A stretch of 52,788 nt of DNA from a virus (taxonomy: Duplodnaviria; Caudoviricetes), in IMG/VR virus record IMGVR_UViG_3300030061_000976, positions 1 through 52,788 of that record. One strand, 5' to 3'. Both the position numbers and the translations under genes were made by a program. The first letter of the stretch is position 1. The number at the start of each line of letters is the position of its first letter. Below the pieces are notes generated by a model. The model ran no database searches. It saw only the letters and a list, made by a program, of their open reading frames with translations, and was not told where the DNA came from. This document shows, in pieces, positions 16,712 to 25,533 of the stretch.

Positions 16712-17115
16712 CCAGCAAGTTCAGTGAGGCTTTTAGCGGTCGTATAGCTTGTATCAGATTGCGTGACACTATGGCCATGTAAACTAGTATTATTATTAGT
16801 TTCATCGGCCACCCTGTCATTAATGCCAGCAAGTCCTTTAATGTTGGGTAAATCAAGAGAGTACACGTTCTTTTTTTTCCTTCTATCTTGAGTGTCGTGT
16901 TGTTGTGTCCAGCCTAATAGACCCATTTCTTGAAGATCGCAAAGACATCTGTAAACGTGCCGCTTTGAGAGGCCAGTATCCTTGGCTATTGTATCCTGTG
17001 AAGGGAAACAAACGCCTTTATCACTTGCCCTGTTAGCTAATGCAATCAAGGTAATCTTTTGCGCCGAAGAAATCCCCTTAGCCTCAATTGAAGATATAAC
17101 AAATGGAAATGACAT
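16708..17115 (-). CDS. Winged-HTH protein (HTH_36, replication-initiator-like N-terminus)
   Basis: LIALANRA...CFPSQDTIAKDTGLSKRHVYR...L...GLL. Confidence 0.75.
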   Translation of the reverse strand: MSFPFVISSIEAKGISSAQKITLIALANRASDKGVCFPSQDTIAKDTGLSKRHVYRCLCDLQEMGLLGWTQQHDTQDRRKKKNVYSLDLPNIKGLAGINDRVADETNNNTSLHGHSVTQSDTSYTTAKSLTELAG

Positions 17116-17166
17116 TTTTTACTCCTTTGTGCCATGTTGTCATGTACCACTACATAAAGGGGAGCG

Positions 17167-17526
17167 CTAAGTCAACGGTTTTATGAAAATCAGAACTTTA
17201 GATTTCAGGTTATAATTCCAAGCGGCGGATAAGCTGTGAACAAGGTTGTCATCTTCTAAGACTGAAGATATCTGCAACAGATCAAGGCACGGTTTAATTC
17301 TATTATCTAAATCCCGTTTGCGTTTGTCTGGAACCCCAATGGAAAGGGTCACATGAACGGGGCAGTCAATAGTAGGGCGTTTCCACTCATAACGTATCTT
17401 AGCGGAGCATTCAGCAAGCCAAATTCTGTAATCATTAGATTTAACCGGGCGGGATTTATAATATCGCCATAACCGATTAGCTGATGGCGGATACGGTATC
17501 TCTATGATGCCGCTTTGTGACTGCAT
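17167..17526 (-). CDS. rusA: RusA-family Holliday junction resolvase
   Basis: PYPPSANRLWR, PDKRKRDLDNRIK..LD, EDD. Confidence 0.9.
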   Translation of the reverse strand: MQSQSGIIEIPYPPSANRLWRYYKSRPVKSNDYRIWLAECSAKIRYEWKRPTIDCPVHVTLSIGVPDKRKRDLDNRIKPCLDLLQISSVLEDDNLVHSLSAAWNYNLKSKVLIFIKPLT

Positions 17527-17707
17527 TGTAATGATCCTCGGCAGTTACCTGATGTTTGGTAGCTGTCTTGATACGTTCAGTGGCGATGTAGCCGGCGTAA
17601 CGCTCACCTCTTGCCCACTTCTCAACTGAGCGCACGGAAAAGCCCACCTCAGACGCAAAATCAGCATAGGTCATTCCGTTTTCATTAAGGTAATCAAACA
17701 AAAGCAT
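17477..17707 (-). CDS. Cro-like HTH regulator
   Basis: LFDYLNENGMTYADFASEVGFS...VEKWARGER; divergent from the recombination operon. Confidence 0.75.
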   Translation of the reverse strand: MLLFDYLNENGMTYADFASEVGFSVRSVEKWARGERYAGYIATERIKTATKHQVTAEDHYNAVTKRHHRDTVSAIS

Positions 17708-17717
17708 TCCAGACAAT

Positions 17718-17760
17718 ACCACAGAATGGGGTTGTAACAAACTGAAACATATATTATAAA
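17718..17760 (+). promoter_or_regulatory. Promoter in divergent control region with ACCACAGAATGGGGT box
   Basis: TTGTAA-17-TATAAA upstream of 17782. Confidence 0.5.
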
Positions 17761-17781
17761 ACCAGAAGAAAGGCGGAATGT

Positions 17782-18528
17782 ATGACGAATAACGCATTTG
17801 AAACCCACGGAATAACCTATTTAAGCCCATCTTTTATAAATTCTTGGGTATCTACGCCGTGGGCGGCGATTGGCAAACTAGCGGGCCTTGAAAGCTCTAG
17901 CGGACCGGCAGCGTATCGCGGACATTCAACAGAGGCGGGTCTGGAGCTTGCTCTTAAAACAGGCAACCTTGATGCCGGTATATTTAAGGCGCAATCAAAA
18001 TTTGATGAGTTCGTGCATGGTAATCCAGCAGGGGATAAAGAAAGATCAACGCTTCCAGCGTATGTAGAAAATGCTTACACAGTTTATAGAGGGCTAGGAG
18101 AGCCAGAAGAATATCAGCAGAAAATTGTTTTTCAGCATGAGGATTTGCCGATCCCCTTCGTGGGGTACATAGACTTTATTTATAAAGGTCAGATACGAGA
18201 CCTTAAAACTGTGGCCAGAAATATGTATTCAAGAGGGCCATCAATCGCGCATTGCCGACAGTTGGCAGTTTATGGGTTTGCCTACCCAGAGAATGACTTG
18301 TGGTTAGACTATGTTACTCCACGGGAAGCAGTCTCACATAGGGTAGCGAACAAAAAAGCTCATCAAGAAACGGTTATGAAGATCATTTTTGGTCTTGAGA
18401 AATTTCTCTCACTTAGCAGAGACACACAGGAACTCGCGTCAATTCTGACGCCAGATACAGATGATTGGAGATTTAATAATGGAATACGAAACCAAGCAGA
18501 TGACATATGGCCGGATGTCCTTATTTGA
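17782..18528 (+). CDS. PD-(D/E)XK exonuclease
   Basis: LSPS, RG...E, GYIDF...IRDLKT, QLAVY; adjacent to ERF. Confidence 0.8.
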   Translation: MTNNAFETHGITYLSPSFINSWVSTPWAAIGKLAGLESSSGPAAYRGHSTEAGLELALKTGNLDAGIFKAQSKFDEFVHGNPAGDKERSTLPAYVENAYTVYRGLGEPEEYQQKIVFQHEDLPIPFVGYIDFIYKGQIRDLKTVARNMYSRGPSIAHCRQLAVYGFAYPENDLWLDYVTPREAVSHRVANKKAHQETVMKIIFGLEKFLSLSRDTQELASILTPDTDDWRFNNGIRNQADDIWPDVLI

Positions 18529-19252
18529 TTTAGTTGAGTCATCATCAGGAGCGAAGCTACATGCTGCAATGATGACCGCCCGTTCAAATTTTGATCCGCT
18601 GGCAAAATCTGGAGTTAACGCATACTTCAAGTCAGGCAACAAAGAGCATAGATTCTCAACTCTTAAAGATATTGAAGATGCAATAATGGGTGCATATACA
18701 GACCTGAACCTTTCAGTAAGGCATCAAGTTTTAGCGGTTCCAGTAAATGGAGAGCTAGCAAATGTATTGCGAACAACTATTGAGCATGCACCATCTGGCG
18801 AGTTTATCAGTAGCATCATAGCAATGGAAAATGCAGGGGGTCCGCAGAACACAGGATCACAGATCACCTATTACCGGCGCTATAATTTGATTTCGCTGCT
18901 AAACCTTGAATCAGATGACGAAGATGATGGAAACGCGGCGCAGGGGAACAAGGGAGATAAAGCAGTACCCAAGACTAAAACGCCGTCGCGAAGCTACGAG
19001 GTGTTTGGGTTGGATGGTAAGGTAGATAAGACCTTTACTGATTGGAACTCATTTACGAAAGCAATACAGCCCATCGACAAGTTTTCTCATAGCGAGGCAT
19101 GGGTTACTGAACAATGCAAGATGCTGAAAGAGGTGTCAGCTTGGGCTAAGAGTCAAACTAAAGGTCAGGACGACAAGGTTGCTGCCTTGCTTGGAAAACT
19201 CTCAGATGCCGCTGGTAAATTGAAAACAGAAATAGAAGGGCAGGATGCATAA
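18515..19252 (+). CDS. ERF-family single-strand annealing protein
   Basis: N.YFK, T.IEH..SGE, QNTGSQITYYRRYNL...DDDGN. Confidence 0.85.
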   Translation: MSLFDLVESSSGAKLHAAMMTARSNFDPLAKSGVNAYFKSGNKEHRFSTLKDIEDAIMGAYTDLNLSVRHQVLAVPVNGELANVLRTTIEHAPSGEFISSIIAMENAGGPQNTGSQITYYRRYNLISLLNLESDDEDDGNAAQGNKGDKAVPKTKTPSRSYEVFGLDGKVDKTFTDWNSFTKAIQPIDKFSHSEAWVTEQCKMLKEVSAWAKSQTKGQDDKVAALLGKLSDAAGKLKTEIEGQDA

Positions 19253-19443
19253 TGGCTAAAAGAAATCTTGACGCGGCAATAATTGAAGCCGTGAAAACAC
19301 GAAACGCTGAAGCCGTTGATGTAATAGCCGAGAGCATGATGTTTGTTAATGGCTGGACCTATGAACGTCTTTATCGAAAGGCAAATGAGCTAACAGGGAT
19401 AAGCTCTGGAGATTGGCACGAATTAATTCAAGAAGGGGGTTAG
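19252..19443 (+). CDS. Hypothetical protein
   Basis: TAATG-coupled 63-aa ORF. Confidence 0.6.
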   Translation: MAKRNLDAAIIEAVKTRNAEAVDVIAESMMFVNGWTYERLYRKANELTGISSGDWHELIQEGG

Positions 19444-19444
19444 T

Positions 19445-19648
19445 GTGACCAAACGACAATCTGAAGCATTGGCTTTTATTAAAGCGTTCTGGAAAGAAAA
19501 CAATCACTCGCCTTCATACGCTGAAATAGCCGCTGATTTAGGAGTAGCGCTCTCTCGAAGTTGGGAGCTTGTACATCAGTTGCATTTGCGAGGTTATGTC
19601 AAAGTTATGCCGGGAAGGCACAGATCAATCACAATTGAGGAAGTATAA
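19445..19648 (+). CDS. LexA DNA-binding-domain-only protein
   Basis: TKRQ..AL.FI.......SPSYAEIA..LG......V..L..RGY.......RSI; no peptidase domain. Confidence 0.8.
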   Translation: MTKRQSEALAFIKAFWKENNHSPSYAEIAADLGVALSRSWELVHQLHLRGYVKVMPGRHRSITIEEV

Positions 19649-20040
19649 TGGCTGAGTACGACAACACTAATAGCGGCGCTCTATACCCTATGAGGGACCA
19701 CTATGAAGTTATCCGACAGGGTGCTGTCAATATGGATGGAACCGATCACCGCATCATAGCGGTTAAACGAAACAATAAAGAAGGACAGCCTATTATTGAG
19801 CTATATCGGGCAATCGGTACGATTAAAAAAAATGACAATAAATCATCTGATAAGCACCCAGATAGCAAGGGTATGGTGGAGGCTATCTCAGTTGATTCTG
19901 TAAAATCAATCGCGGCTTGGAAGAAAACGAGCAAGGCTGGCAATGAATATACGTCACTTGCTGTATCTGATATCCAGCCGAGAACCGATCAACCTCAACC
20001 AGAAAACAATAATTCGCTAGATGACGAGATACCATTTTGA
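19648..20040 (+). CDS. Probable single-stranded DNA-binding protein
   Basis: MAEYDNTNSGAL...AAWKK...GNEY; acidic tail LDDEIPF. Confidence 0.65.
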   Translation: MAEYDNTNSGALYPMRDHYEVIRQGAVNMDGTDHRIIAVKRNNKEGQPIIELYRAIGTIKKNDNKSSDKHPDSKGMVEAISVDSVKSIAAWKKTSKAGNEYTSLAVSDIQPRTDQPQPENNNSLDDEIPF

Positions 20041-20348
20041 AATCACAAAAGCATCTGGCTCATGTCCGTGAGAAAGATTGCGCTGTGGGCATAAATTCAA
20101 AAACGGATTGCAACGGTGGAGTTCAAGCACATCATTTGATGCGTCCGTGGTCTGGGTTTCGAGGCATGGGGATGAAGGCGGGAGATGAAAACGCAATACC
20201 TTTATGCGCCGCGCATCATTCTGAGCTTCACCATAGAGGTGATGAATTGGCCTTTTTTTCAGAGTCAGGATACAGCCCCAATTATGGCAAGGCTCTGGCA
20301 TGTGGTCTTTGGCTGGCATCTCCACATTATAAGGAGTTAGATAAATGA
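20037..20348 (+). CDS. DUF968-like HNH-type Zn-binding protein
   Basis: C...C....AHH.....GMGMK..D...IPLC..HH.ELH. Confidence 0.7.
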   Translation: MKSQKHLAHVREKDCAVGINSKTDCNGGVQAHHLMRPWSGFRGMGMKAGDENAIPLCAAHHSELHHRGDELAFFSESGYSPNYGKALACGLWLASPHYKELDK

Positions 20349-20773
20349 ATGATGAAAGAGTTATCACCGGCACCTATGCAGATTTTAAGATTATAAAAAC
20401 ACGCAAGGTTGCACAGATGGTAGTGGAGTTTCCAATAGAGCAAGCTGAAAGTTTTGTCAGCAAGCTAGGACTTCCTAAGCCGCATGAAGAAATGTGGGTC
20501 GCGGTAGCGATGTTGAAGTCTGTATCAGTTCAGACAAGTGGTAAGGCGACCAGTGCTATTCAGCAAGCCGGTATACTTTGTAAGGATGTCTCTTTCGGAA
20601 CGTGGCTTCGTGATTCCAAAAAAATGGAAATCAATCCGGCTAATGAGGTCGAAGTACAAGATGCCTTAAGGACTATCTTGGGTGTTTCCTCAAGGGCAGA
20701 GATGAGAGATAACGATCAAGCGTTAGCTGTATGGGAGAGGTTGTATGATCAGTATCGTGATTCAAGTCGGTAG
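20345..20773 (+). CDS. Conserved hypothetical phage protein
   Basis: 142 aa, ATGA-coupled; YADFKIIKTR...QAGILC.D..F..WL. Confidence 0.65.
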   Translation: MNDERVITGTYADFKIIKTRKVAQMVVEFPIEQAESFVSKLGLPKPHEEMWVAVAMLKSVSVQTSGKATSAIQQAGILCKDVSFGTWLRDSKKMEINPANEVEVQDALRTILGVSSRAEMRDNDQALAVWERLYDQYRDSSR

Positions 20774-21171
20774 AAAATGTGATTGCCAATTATGGCAGTC
20801 GGGTTTTTACCCTCGGCCCAAAAAGGCAGAACTTGCAGGGTGTGATAATGCGTGGCCCCATTCGTAATATCACTAACATTAGATTTCATCAGATAGATCG
20901 TGATCTGCATCGCTCTCTCAAAAGCAGCCTTGTCTGTAGGCTTGTCCGATTTGCCATCGCAGTACCACGAAAACTGACACTGATGGCGCTTGGGAAATCC
21001 AGATGAGTATGTCCTCGCATCGTAAACGACCTCACATAGAGTGTCTGGATACCTATTATCTATGGTGCGATTTACCACGACTTGAGCAACAGCAAGCTGT
21101 CCTTCAAGGCTCTGGTTTCTAGCCTCAAAATAAACATTTAGCGCAAGGCACATCAAAGCATCAACTAACAT
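20749..21171 (-). CDS. SleB-like cell wall hydrolase (Hydrolase_2)
   Basis: CLALNVYFEAR, VVVNR, CQFSWYCDG, GATHYH, IGNHIFY. Confidence 0.9.
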   Translation of the reverse strand: MLVDALMCLALNVYFEARNQSLEGQLAVAQVVVNRTIDNRYPDTLCEVVYDARTYSSGFPKRHQCQFSWYCDGKSDKPTDKAAFERAMQITIYLMKSNVSDITNGATHYHTLQVLPFWAEGKNPTAIIGNHIFYRLESRY

Positions 21172-21218
21172 GCTGAATTATAAGCACAATTATTTTTTAA
21201 AAAAAAGCAATATAATAG

Positions 21219-21247
21219 TTGACACCATGTCACGCATTTCGTACTCT
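21219..21247 (+). promoter_or_regulatory. Sigma70-type promoter with GACA-N3-TGTC box
   Basis: TTGACA-ccatgtcacgcatttcg(17)-TACTCT. Confidence 0.75.
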
Positions 21248-21284
21248 CTTTGTGTAGCAACAAATAAGCACACGGAGTTAAAAA

Positions 21285-22280
21285 ATGTTTTTAGGAACGC
21301 AACGTAGGTTTGGAGTTGAAATTGAGTTCGTAGGTGTTAACCGCGATGAACTCGCACGGGCTATTTCTGCACAGGGCATTGATTGCGTAGTTGAGGGTTA
21401 CAACCACCGGACGCAGAGCCATTGGAAAATTGTTACCGATGCCTCATGTGGCTATGAGATGGTTAGCCCAATCCTTCAGGGCGAAAGCGGTTTCTTCGAT
21501 CTAAAAGTTGTTATGGACACCATGGCCGGGATGGGTTGTGTGGTTAACCGCCAGACTGGGGTTCACGTTCACCTTGAAGCGATTGACCTTACCGCGCTGG
21601 ATGTAAAAAACATTGTGAAGCGTTACAAAGACAATGAGGCGGAAATTGACTCTTGGTTCCCGCGCAGCCGCCGTGCAAACAACAACACATATTGCAGAAG
21701 TGTAGCTAGCTGCATTTCCGAGATACACGGAACAGATGAATACTTGGATGCCCAGCAAGCAAGGGTGACCACTCAGTTTCTTAATACGCGATTTACTAAA
21801 CTGAACCTCGCCAGCTTGAACCGTTATAATACGATTGAGTTTCGCCAGCATGCCGGTTCTACAGATTACGTTAAGGTCTCAAACTGGATTTTGTTTCTTC
21901 AGCATTTCATGGACCAGAGCGCCAAGATGAAAAACGCGGGTGGCCCTAACATGAATGTGCGCCGCTCAAAAAACCGGGTTTACGACGAAGTGAGAACACA
22001 GATTGAAGCGGCGGGTGGCCAGATGCGCCATGCCGGCGCACAGAATTGGAAAGTAACAAGCCCTGATGGTGCTGTTCATATTTTCACTATTGAGCAGTTG
22101 GATGCGCTTTATGTTGGCAATCCATATCGAGGGCGGCGTGTTCTGGATGTGAATACAATGAGGGATTTTTGGAGCGTAGTAATCGGTACGGCAGAAGTAA
22201 TTGACGATTCTCTAAATGCAGAGATACCGAATAGCGTAGTAGAGTTTTTTGAAACCCGCCGCGAAGCACTCGCGGCGTAG
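21285..22280 (+). CDS. Putative amidoligase (Amidoligase_2, COOH-NH2 ligase fold)
   Basis: FGVEIE, WKIVTDAS, EMVSPIL, TGVHVH, LN...TIEFRQH. Confidence 0.9.
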   Translation: MFLGTQRRFGVEIEFVGVNRDELARAISAQGIDCVVEGYNHRTQSHWKIVTDASCGYEMVSPILQGESGFFDLKVVMDTMAGMGCVVNRQTGVHVHLEAIDLTALDVKNIVKRYKDNEAEIDSWFPRSRRANNNTYCRSVASCISEIHGTDEYLDAQQARVTTQFLNTRFTKLNLASLNRYNTIEFRQHAGSTDYVKVSNWILFLQHFMDQSAKMKNAGGPNMNVRRSKNRVYDEVRTQIEAAGGQMRHAGAQNWKVTSPDGAVHIFTIEQLDALYVGNPYRGRRVLDVNTMRDFWSVVIGTAEVIDDSLNAEIPNSVVEFFETRREALAA

Positions 22281-22298
22281 CACACAGGAGAAAAGCAG

Positions 22299-22727
22299 AT
22301 GTTATATTTAGCATACGGATCAAACCTTAATCTTGATCAGATGGCTGTAAGATGCCCAGACGCGGAGCCGCTTCACGGGATACAGTTAAACCACTTCAAG
22401 CTGATATTTCGCAATGTGGCGGATATCACAGAAGAAGAAGGGGCGTTAATAAATCTTGGAGTATTTAGCATAACGGATGCGTGCGAAGAGGCGCTTGATA
22501 GATATGAGGGATTCCCAACCCTCTATACCAAAATGTATCTGACTATGGATGGTGAGGAGTACATGACTTACACGATGCATAGAGATGCTATAGCGCCGCC
22601 TTCGTCTGGATATTACGACTGCATAAAACAGGGCTATCAGCATTGGGGGTTTGAAACAGACTTACTTGAAGCCGCGCAAAGAAACAGTTTCGCCATGCGT
22701 TGGGGGCTTGGAGAAATGAGAGCGTAA
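22299..22727 (+). CDS. Gamma-glutamylcyclotransferase (AIG2-like)
   Basis: YLAYGSNL, RCPDA, LDRYEGFP.LY. Confidence 0.9.
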   Translation: MLYLAYGSNLNLDQMAVRCPDAEPLHGIQLNHFKLIFRNVADITEEEGALINLGVFSITDACEEALDRYEGFPTLYTKMYLTMDGEEYMTYTMHRDAIAPPSSGYYDCIKQGYQHWGFETDLLEAAQRNSFAMRWGLGEMRA

Positions 22728-22768
22728 CCACAAAAAGGGGTGACAATAAAAAGCGGGACGGTTATGAT
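22727..22768 (+). promoter_or_regulatory. Promoter GTGACA-17-TATGAT for the modification/packaging operon, with ACCACAAAAAGGGGT box
   Basis: -35 at 22740-22745, -10 at 22763-22768. Confidence 0.55.
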
Positions 22769-22786
22769 AAGCCGTTCCGTTTTTTT
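22748..22786 (+). terminator. Intrinsic terminator after the amidoligase-GGCT pair
   Basis: A5-GCGGGACGGTT-ATGATA-AGCCGTTCCGT followed by a T run. Confidence 0.7.
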
Positions 22787-22808
22787 ATGACTGAGGCTCA
22801 AGATAGCA

Positions 22809-22946
22809 ATGGCTACAAAAGCAAAGGGGTTAAACAAGATTGAGTCAATCAAGAAGAAGACATCAATAGGCCAAAGCGTTCGATCTAGACCTTCAAACAA
22901 ATCTAAAAGACGCAGCTTCAAAAGATATAGAGGCCAAGGAAAATGA
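22809..22946 (+). CDS. Small very basic protein (45 aa, ends RSFKRYRGQGK)
   Basis: Translated by hand; ATGA-coupled to the ParB gene; YRGQG C-terminus seen in small marine phage proteins. Confidence 0.7.
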   Translation: MATKAKGLNKIESIKKKTSIGQSVRSRPSNKSKRRSFKRYRGQGK

Positions 22947-23518
22947 GCGATCCAGCCAGCAAAGTTGATAGCCGTCCGATTGAGTCGTTGGTTCCGTATG
23001 ACCGCAACCCAAGGATGCACCCTGACTCTCAGATTGAGCAGTTAGCGAATAGCATCAGGCAGTGGGGCTGGACTGTTCCAATCTTAATTGATGACGCTAG
23101 CAACGTGATAGCGGGTCATGGAAGGCTTGAGGCGGCAAAGAGGCTAGGGATGGAAGCAGTCCCTTGTGTCGTTGCTTCTGGGTGGACTGAGGACCAGCGC
23201 AGGGCATATGTCATTGCGGATAACAAGCTAAGTGAGAACTCCGCTTGGGATGACGGGTTGTTCTATAGGGAATTGACGGCGCTAAGTGAGGCAAATTTTG
23301 ATTTGAGTCTTACTGGCGTTGAGGGTTTTGAGGTTGTTGATTTCCAACCAAACGTAGACCCCTCATTTAGTCCATATAATGTTGATGATGTAAGTCTGGA
23401 CCGTGCATCAGATAATATGACTTCTCAGATTAACGGCATACAAAATGGCAAGGCTGAACAAGGAACAGAGGTGATGTGTCCGCATTGCGCTGAAACTTTC
23501 ATATTTACGGGATCATGA
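22943..23518 (+). CDS. ParB/Srx-like N-terminal domain protein
   Basis: PYDRNPR.H, SIRQWGWTVPILID, IAGHGRLEAA, IADNK; C-terminal CPHC. Confidence 0.88.
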   Translation: MSDPASKVDSRPIESLVPYDRNPRMHPDSQIEQLANSIRQWGWTVPILIDDASNVIAGHGRLEAAKRLGMEAVPCVVASGWTEDQRRAYVIADNKLSENSAWDDGLFYRELTALSEANFDLSLTGVEGFEVVDFQPNVDPSFSPYNVDDVSLDRASDNMTSQINGIQNGKAEQGTEVMCPHCAETFIFTGS

Positions 23519-23790
23519 CTCCAGATCAATTTCAAGAGTGCGTGTCTGGCAAGAAGTGGCGCTTTGCCAAAAGCATGCCCTCAATACCGCATGAATACAC
23601 ACGGGTATCTGAATGGGCATCAAAATCAGATTTTGAAAATGCCGTGATGTGTATCAGAGAACACGGAATCACTGAGGCATTTTATAAGCGTAAATATATC
23701 TATCTATATGTGGGCGGCTACAAATACTGGACTATGGGCGCTTCAGCTCATGAAACGGAGATCATAAACAGGGCCGCAGTGAATGGATGA
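23515..23790 (+). CDS. Conserved hypothetical protein
   Basis: WRFAKSMP..PHEY, YLY..GYKYWTMG, IINRA; coupled on both sides. Confidence 0.7.
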   Translation: MTPDQFQECVSGKKWRFAKSMPSIPHEYTRVSEWASKSDFENAVMCIREHGITEAFYKRKYIYLYVGGYKYWTMGASAHETEIINRAAVNG

Positions 23791-24364
23791 AATGTATCAC
23801 ACTGCTTTGAAAAGTAAGTTTGATACAAAGGATGTTGCTGTATCAACTAGAGTGAGCGGTGATAGATATCTTTTTCTTCAAAGTGATCTGATGGTTAACG
23901 GCATCCCTGACGAGGTGACTGATTGTGATGTTATCTATGGTGAGCCACCGTGGCCTCATGGGTTTAAGGTTTTCAATGACAGAGCAGAAGTCAGTGACAG
24001 GCGTACATACCAAGAATTTGCTAGTGTTCTAGGTTCTGAGATAAAGCGCATCAGAAAGCCGTTCTATATGACGCTAGGCAAGACCTTAATGAAAATGCTT
24101 CCATCTCACTCTGGGAGTCTTCCTGTGAAGCTAAACGGTGCAGATGCTTTCATGGTCTGGTGGTTTGATAAGTATGATGGCCCACATGATACCAATATAT
24201 CCATCTGTAAGGCGCTAGGGGCGCGGTACAGAAGCATGGGTGATTGGTGCTGCGGTTATGCCACCCCATTGCTGGCCTTTAGTGAGGGGGGCGGAAAACG
24301 CATTGTAGGGTCTGATTATGATGGGAAGTGCATAACTGTTTGCGGTGAAAGGATGAGACGTTGA
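23783..24364 (+). CDS. Divergent SAM-dependent amino-methyltransferase-like protein
   Basis: DVIYGEPPW (motif IV-like) precedes DWCCGYA...GSDYD (motif I/II-like), beta-class order. Confidence 0.55.
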   Translation: MDEMYHTALKSKFDTKDVAVSTRVSGDRYLFLQSDLMVNGIPDEVTDCDVIYGEPPWPHGFKVFNDRAEVSDRRTYQEFASVLGSEIKRIRKPFYMTLGKTLMKMLPSHSGSLPVKLNGADAFMVWWFDKYDGPHDTNISICKALGARYRSMGDWCCGYATPLLAFSEGGGKRIVGSDYDGKCITVCGERMRR

Positions 24365-25533
24365 AAATATACTTAAAAAACAACGTATGGGACGCCGCGC
24401 TAAGTAGAATGAACAGGGTGTTTGATGAATTTGACAATGTAGTTATCTCAACGTCCGGAGGCAAAGACAGCACTGTGACTATGCAGTTGGCTTTGATGGT
24501 CGCGGAACAGCGCGGGAAGCTTCCCTTGAAAATGCTGTTCTTGGATCAGGAAGCAGAATACGGCATGACCATTGAGTATATGCGTTTGGCTATGGCGGAC
24601 CCTCGCGTTGAGCCATTGTGGATACAGGCACCCATAAAGCTGTTCAACGCAACCTCTATGGATGAGCCGTGGCTAATGTGTTGGGACGAGGATGAAGAGT
24701 GGATGCGTCCTAAAGAAGACATAAGCATTAAAGAGAACGTGTTCGGCACTGATAGGTTTCATGATATTTTCCCTAAAATGCTGGCGCATTGGTTTCCAGA
24801 TCAGAAGGCTTGTTATCTGGCCGGGGTAAGGGCAGAGGAAAGCCCGCAGCGTTTAGCGGGCCTGACCACAGGTCAAACCTATAAAGAGATCACATGGGGA
24901 AAGGTGCTGGATAAAAAGAAAGACCACTATACGTTTTATCCGCTCTACGATTGGTGTCTCAGTGATGTTTGGAAATCTATACATGATGGTGAATGGCCGT
25001 ATTGTCGTATCTATGATGAGTTATACCGTTACGGACAAGCGCCTCACAAAATGAGGGTGTCAAACCTTCACCATGAAACAGCAGTACACAGTCTCTTCTT
25101 TTTGCATGAGGTCGAGCCTGATACATGGGGCGCTCTTACTAAGAGACTTAAAGGCGTCAATCAGGCAAAGCATATGCAGAAGCATGAGATGTTAGCGGTT
25201 AAGAAGCTGCCGCCTATGTTCAAAGATTGGAAGGAATACAGGGATTATCTTACAGATAATTTGATAACTTTAGAGGATCACAAAGCAAGGTTTAAAAAGC
25301 AGTGGTCGCGTATGGACGATCTATATGACGAATTACGCAAGCCGGATGAAATGTACCAGAAGCAAATAGGGTCACTTCTCGTCAATGATTGGGAGTTTGT
25401 AAAAATTGCAGGGTATTTGAATAGTCCATCAATCATAGCTTACAGGGATTGGAAAAAAGGTAATTTGCATGCTCGCAAACGACCCCCTCAAAATTTAGTG
25501 CAGATAAAAGAGAGATACTTAAATGTCGGATAG
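24361..25533 (+). CDS. ibrA: IbrA-like PAPS-reductase/PP-loop protein (DUF3440-type)
   Basis: NVWDAAL.R...VF.EFD, SGGKDS, FLDQEAE, GVRAEES..R, YPLYDW...DVW, MRVS. Confidence 0.85.
   Translation: MKIYLKNNVWDAALSRMNRVFDEFDNVVISTSGGKDSTVTMQLALMVAEQRGKLPLKMLFLDQEAEYGMTIEYMRLAMADPRVEPLWIQAPIKLFNATSMDEPWLMCWDEDEEWMRPKEDISIKENVFGTDRFHDIFPKMLAHWFPDQKACYLAGVRAEESPQRLAGLTTGQTYKEITWGKVLDKKKDHYTFYPLYDWCLSDVWKSIHDGEWPYCRIYDELYRYGQAPHKMRVSNLHHETAVHSLFFLHEVEPDTWGALTKRLKGVNQAKHMQKHEMLAVKKLPPMFKDWKEYRDYLTDNLITLEDHKARFKKQWSRMDDLYDELRKPDEMYQKQIGSLLVNDWEFVKIAGYLNSPSIIAYRDWKKGNLHARKRPPQNLVQIKERYLNVG

Noticed and set aside
17782-18528. Cas4 / CRISPR locus
   Set aside because: No four-Cys Fe-S motif, no repeat-spacer array seen in the window, and the neighbouring ERF indicates a recombination exonuclease
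24361-25533. cysH sulfate-assimilation auxiliary metabolic gene
   Set aside because: Length, motifs and the adjacent IbrB-like ParB gene indicate the IbrA/DUF3440 clade; no other cys genes
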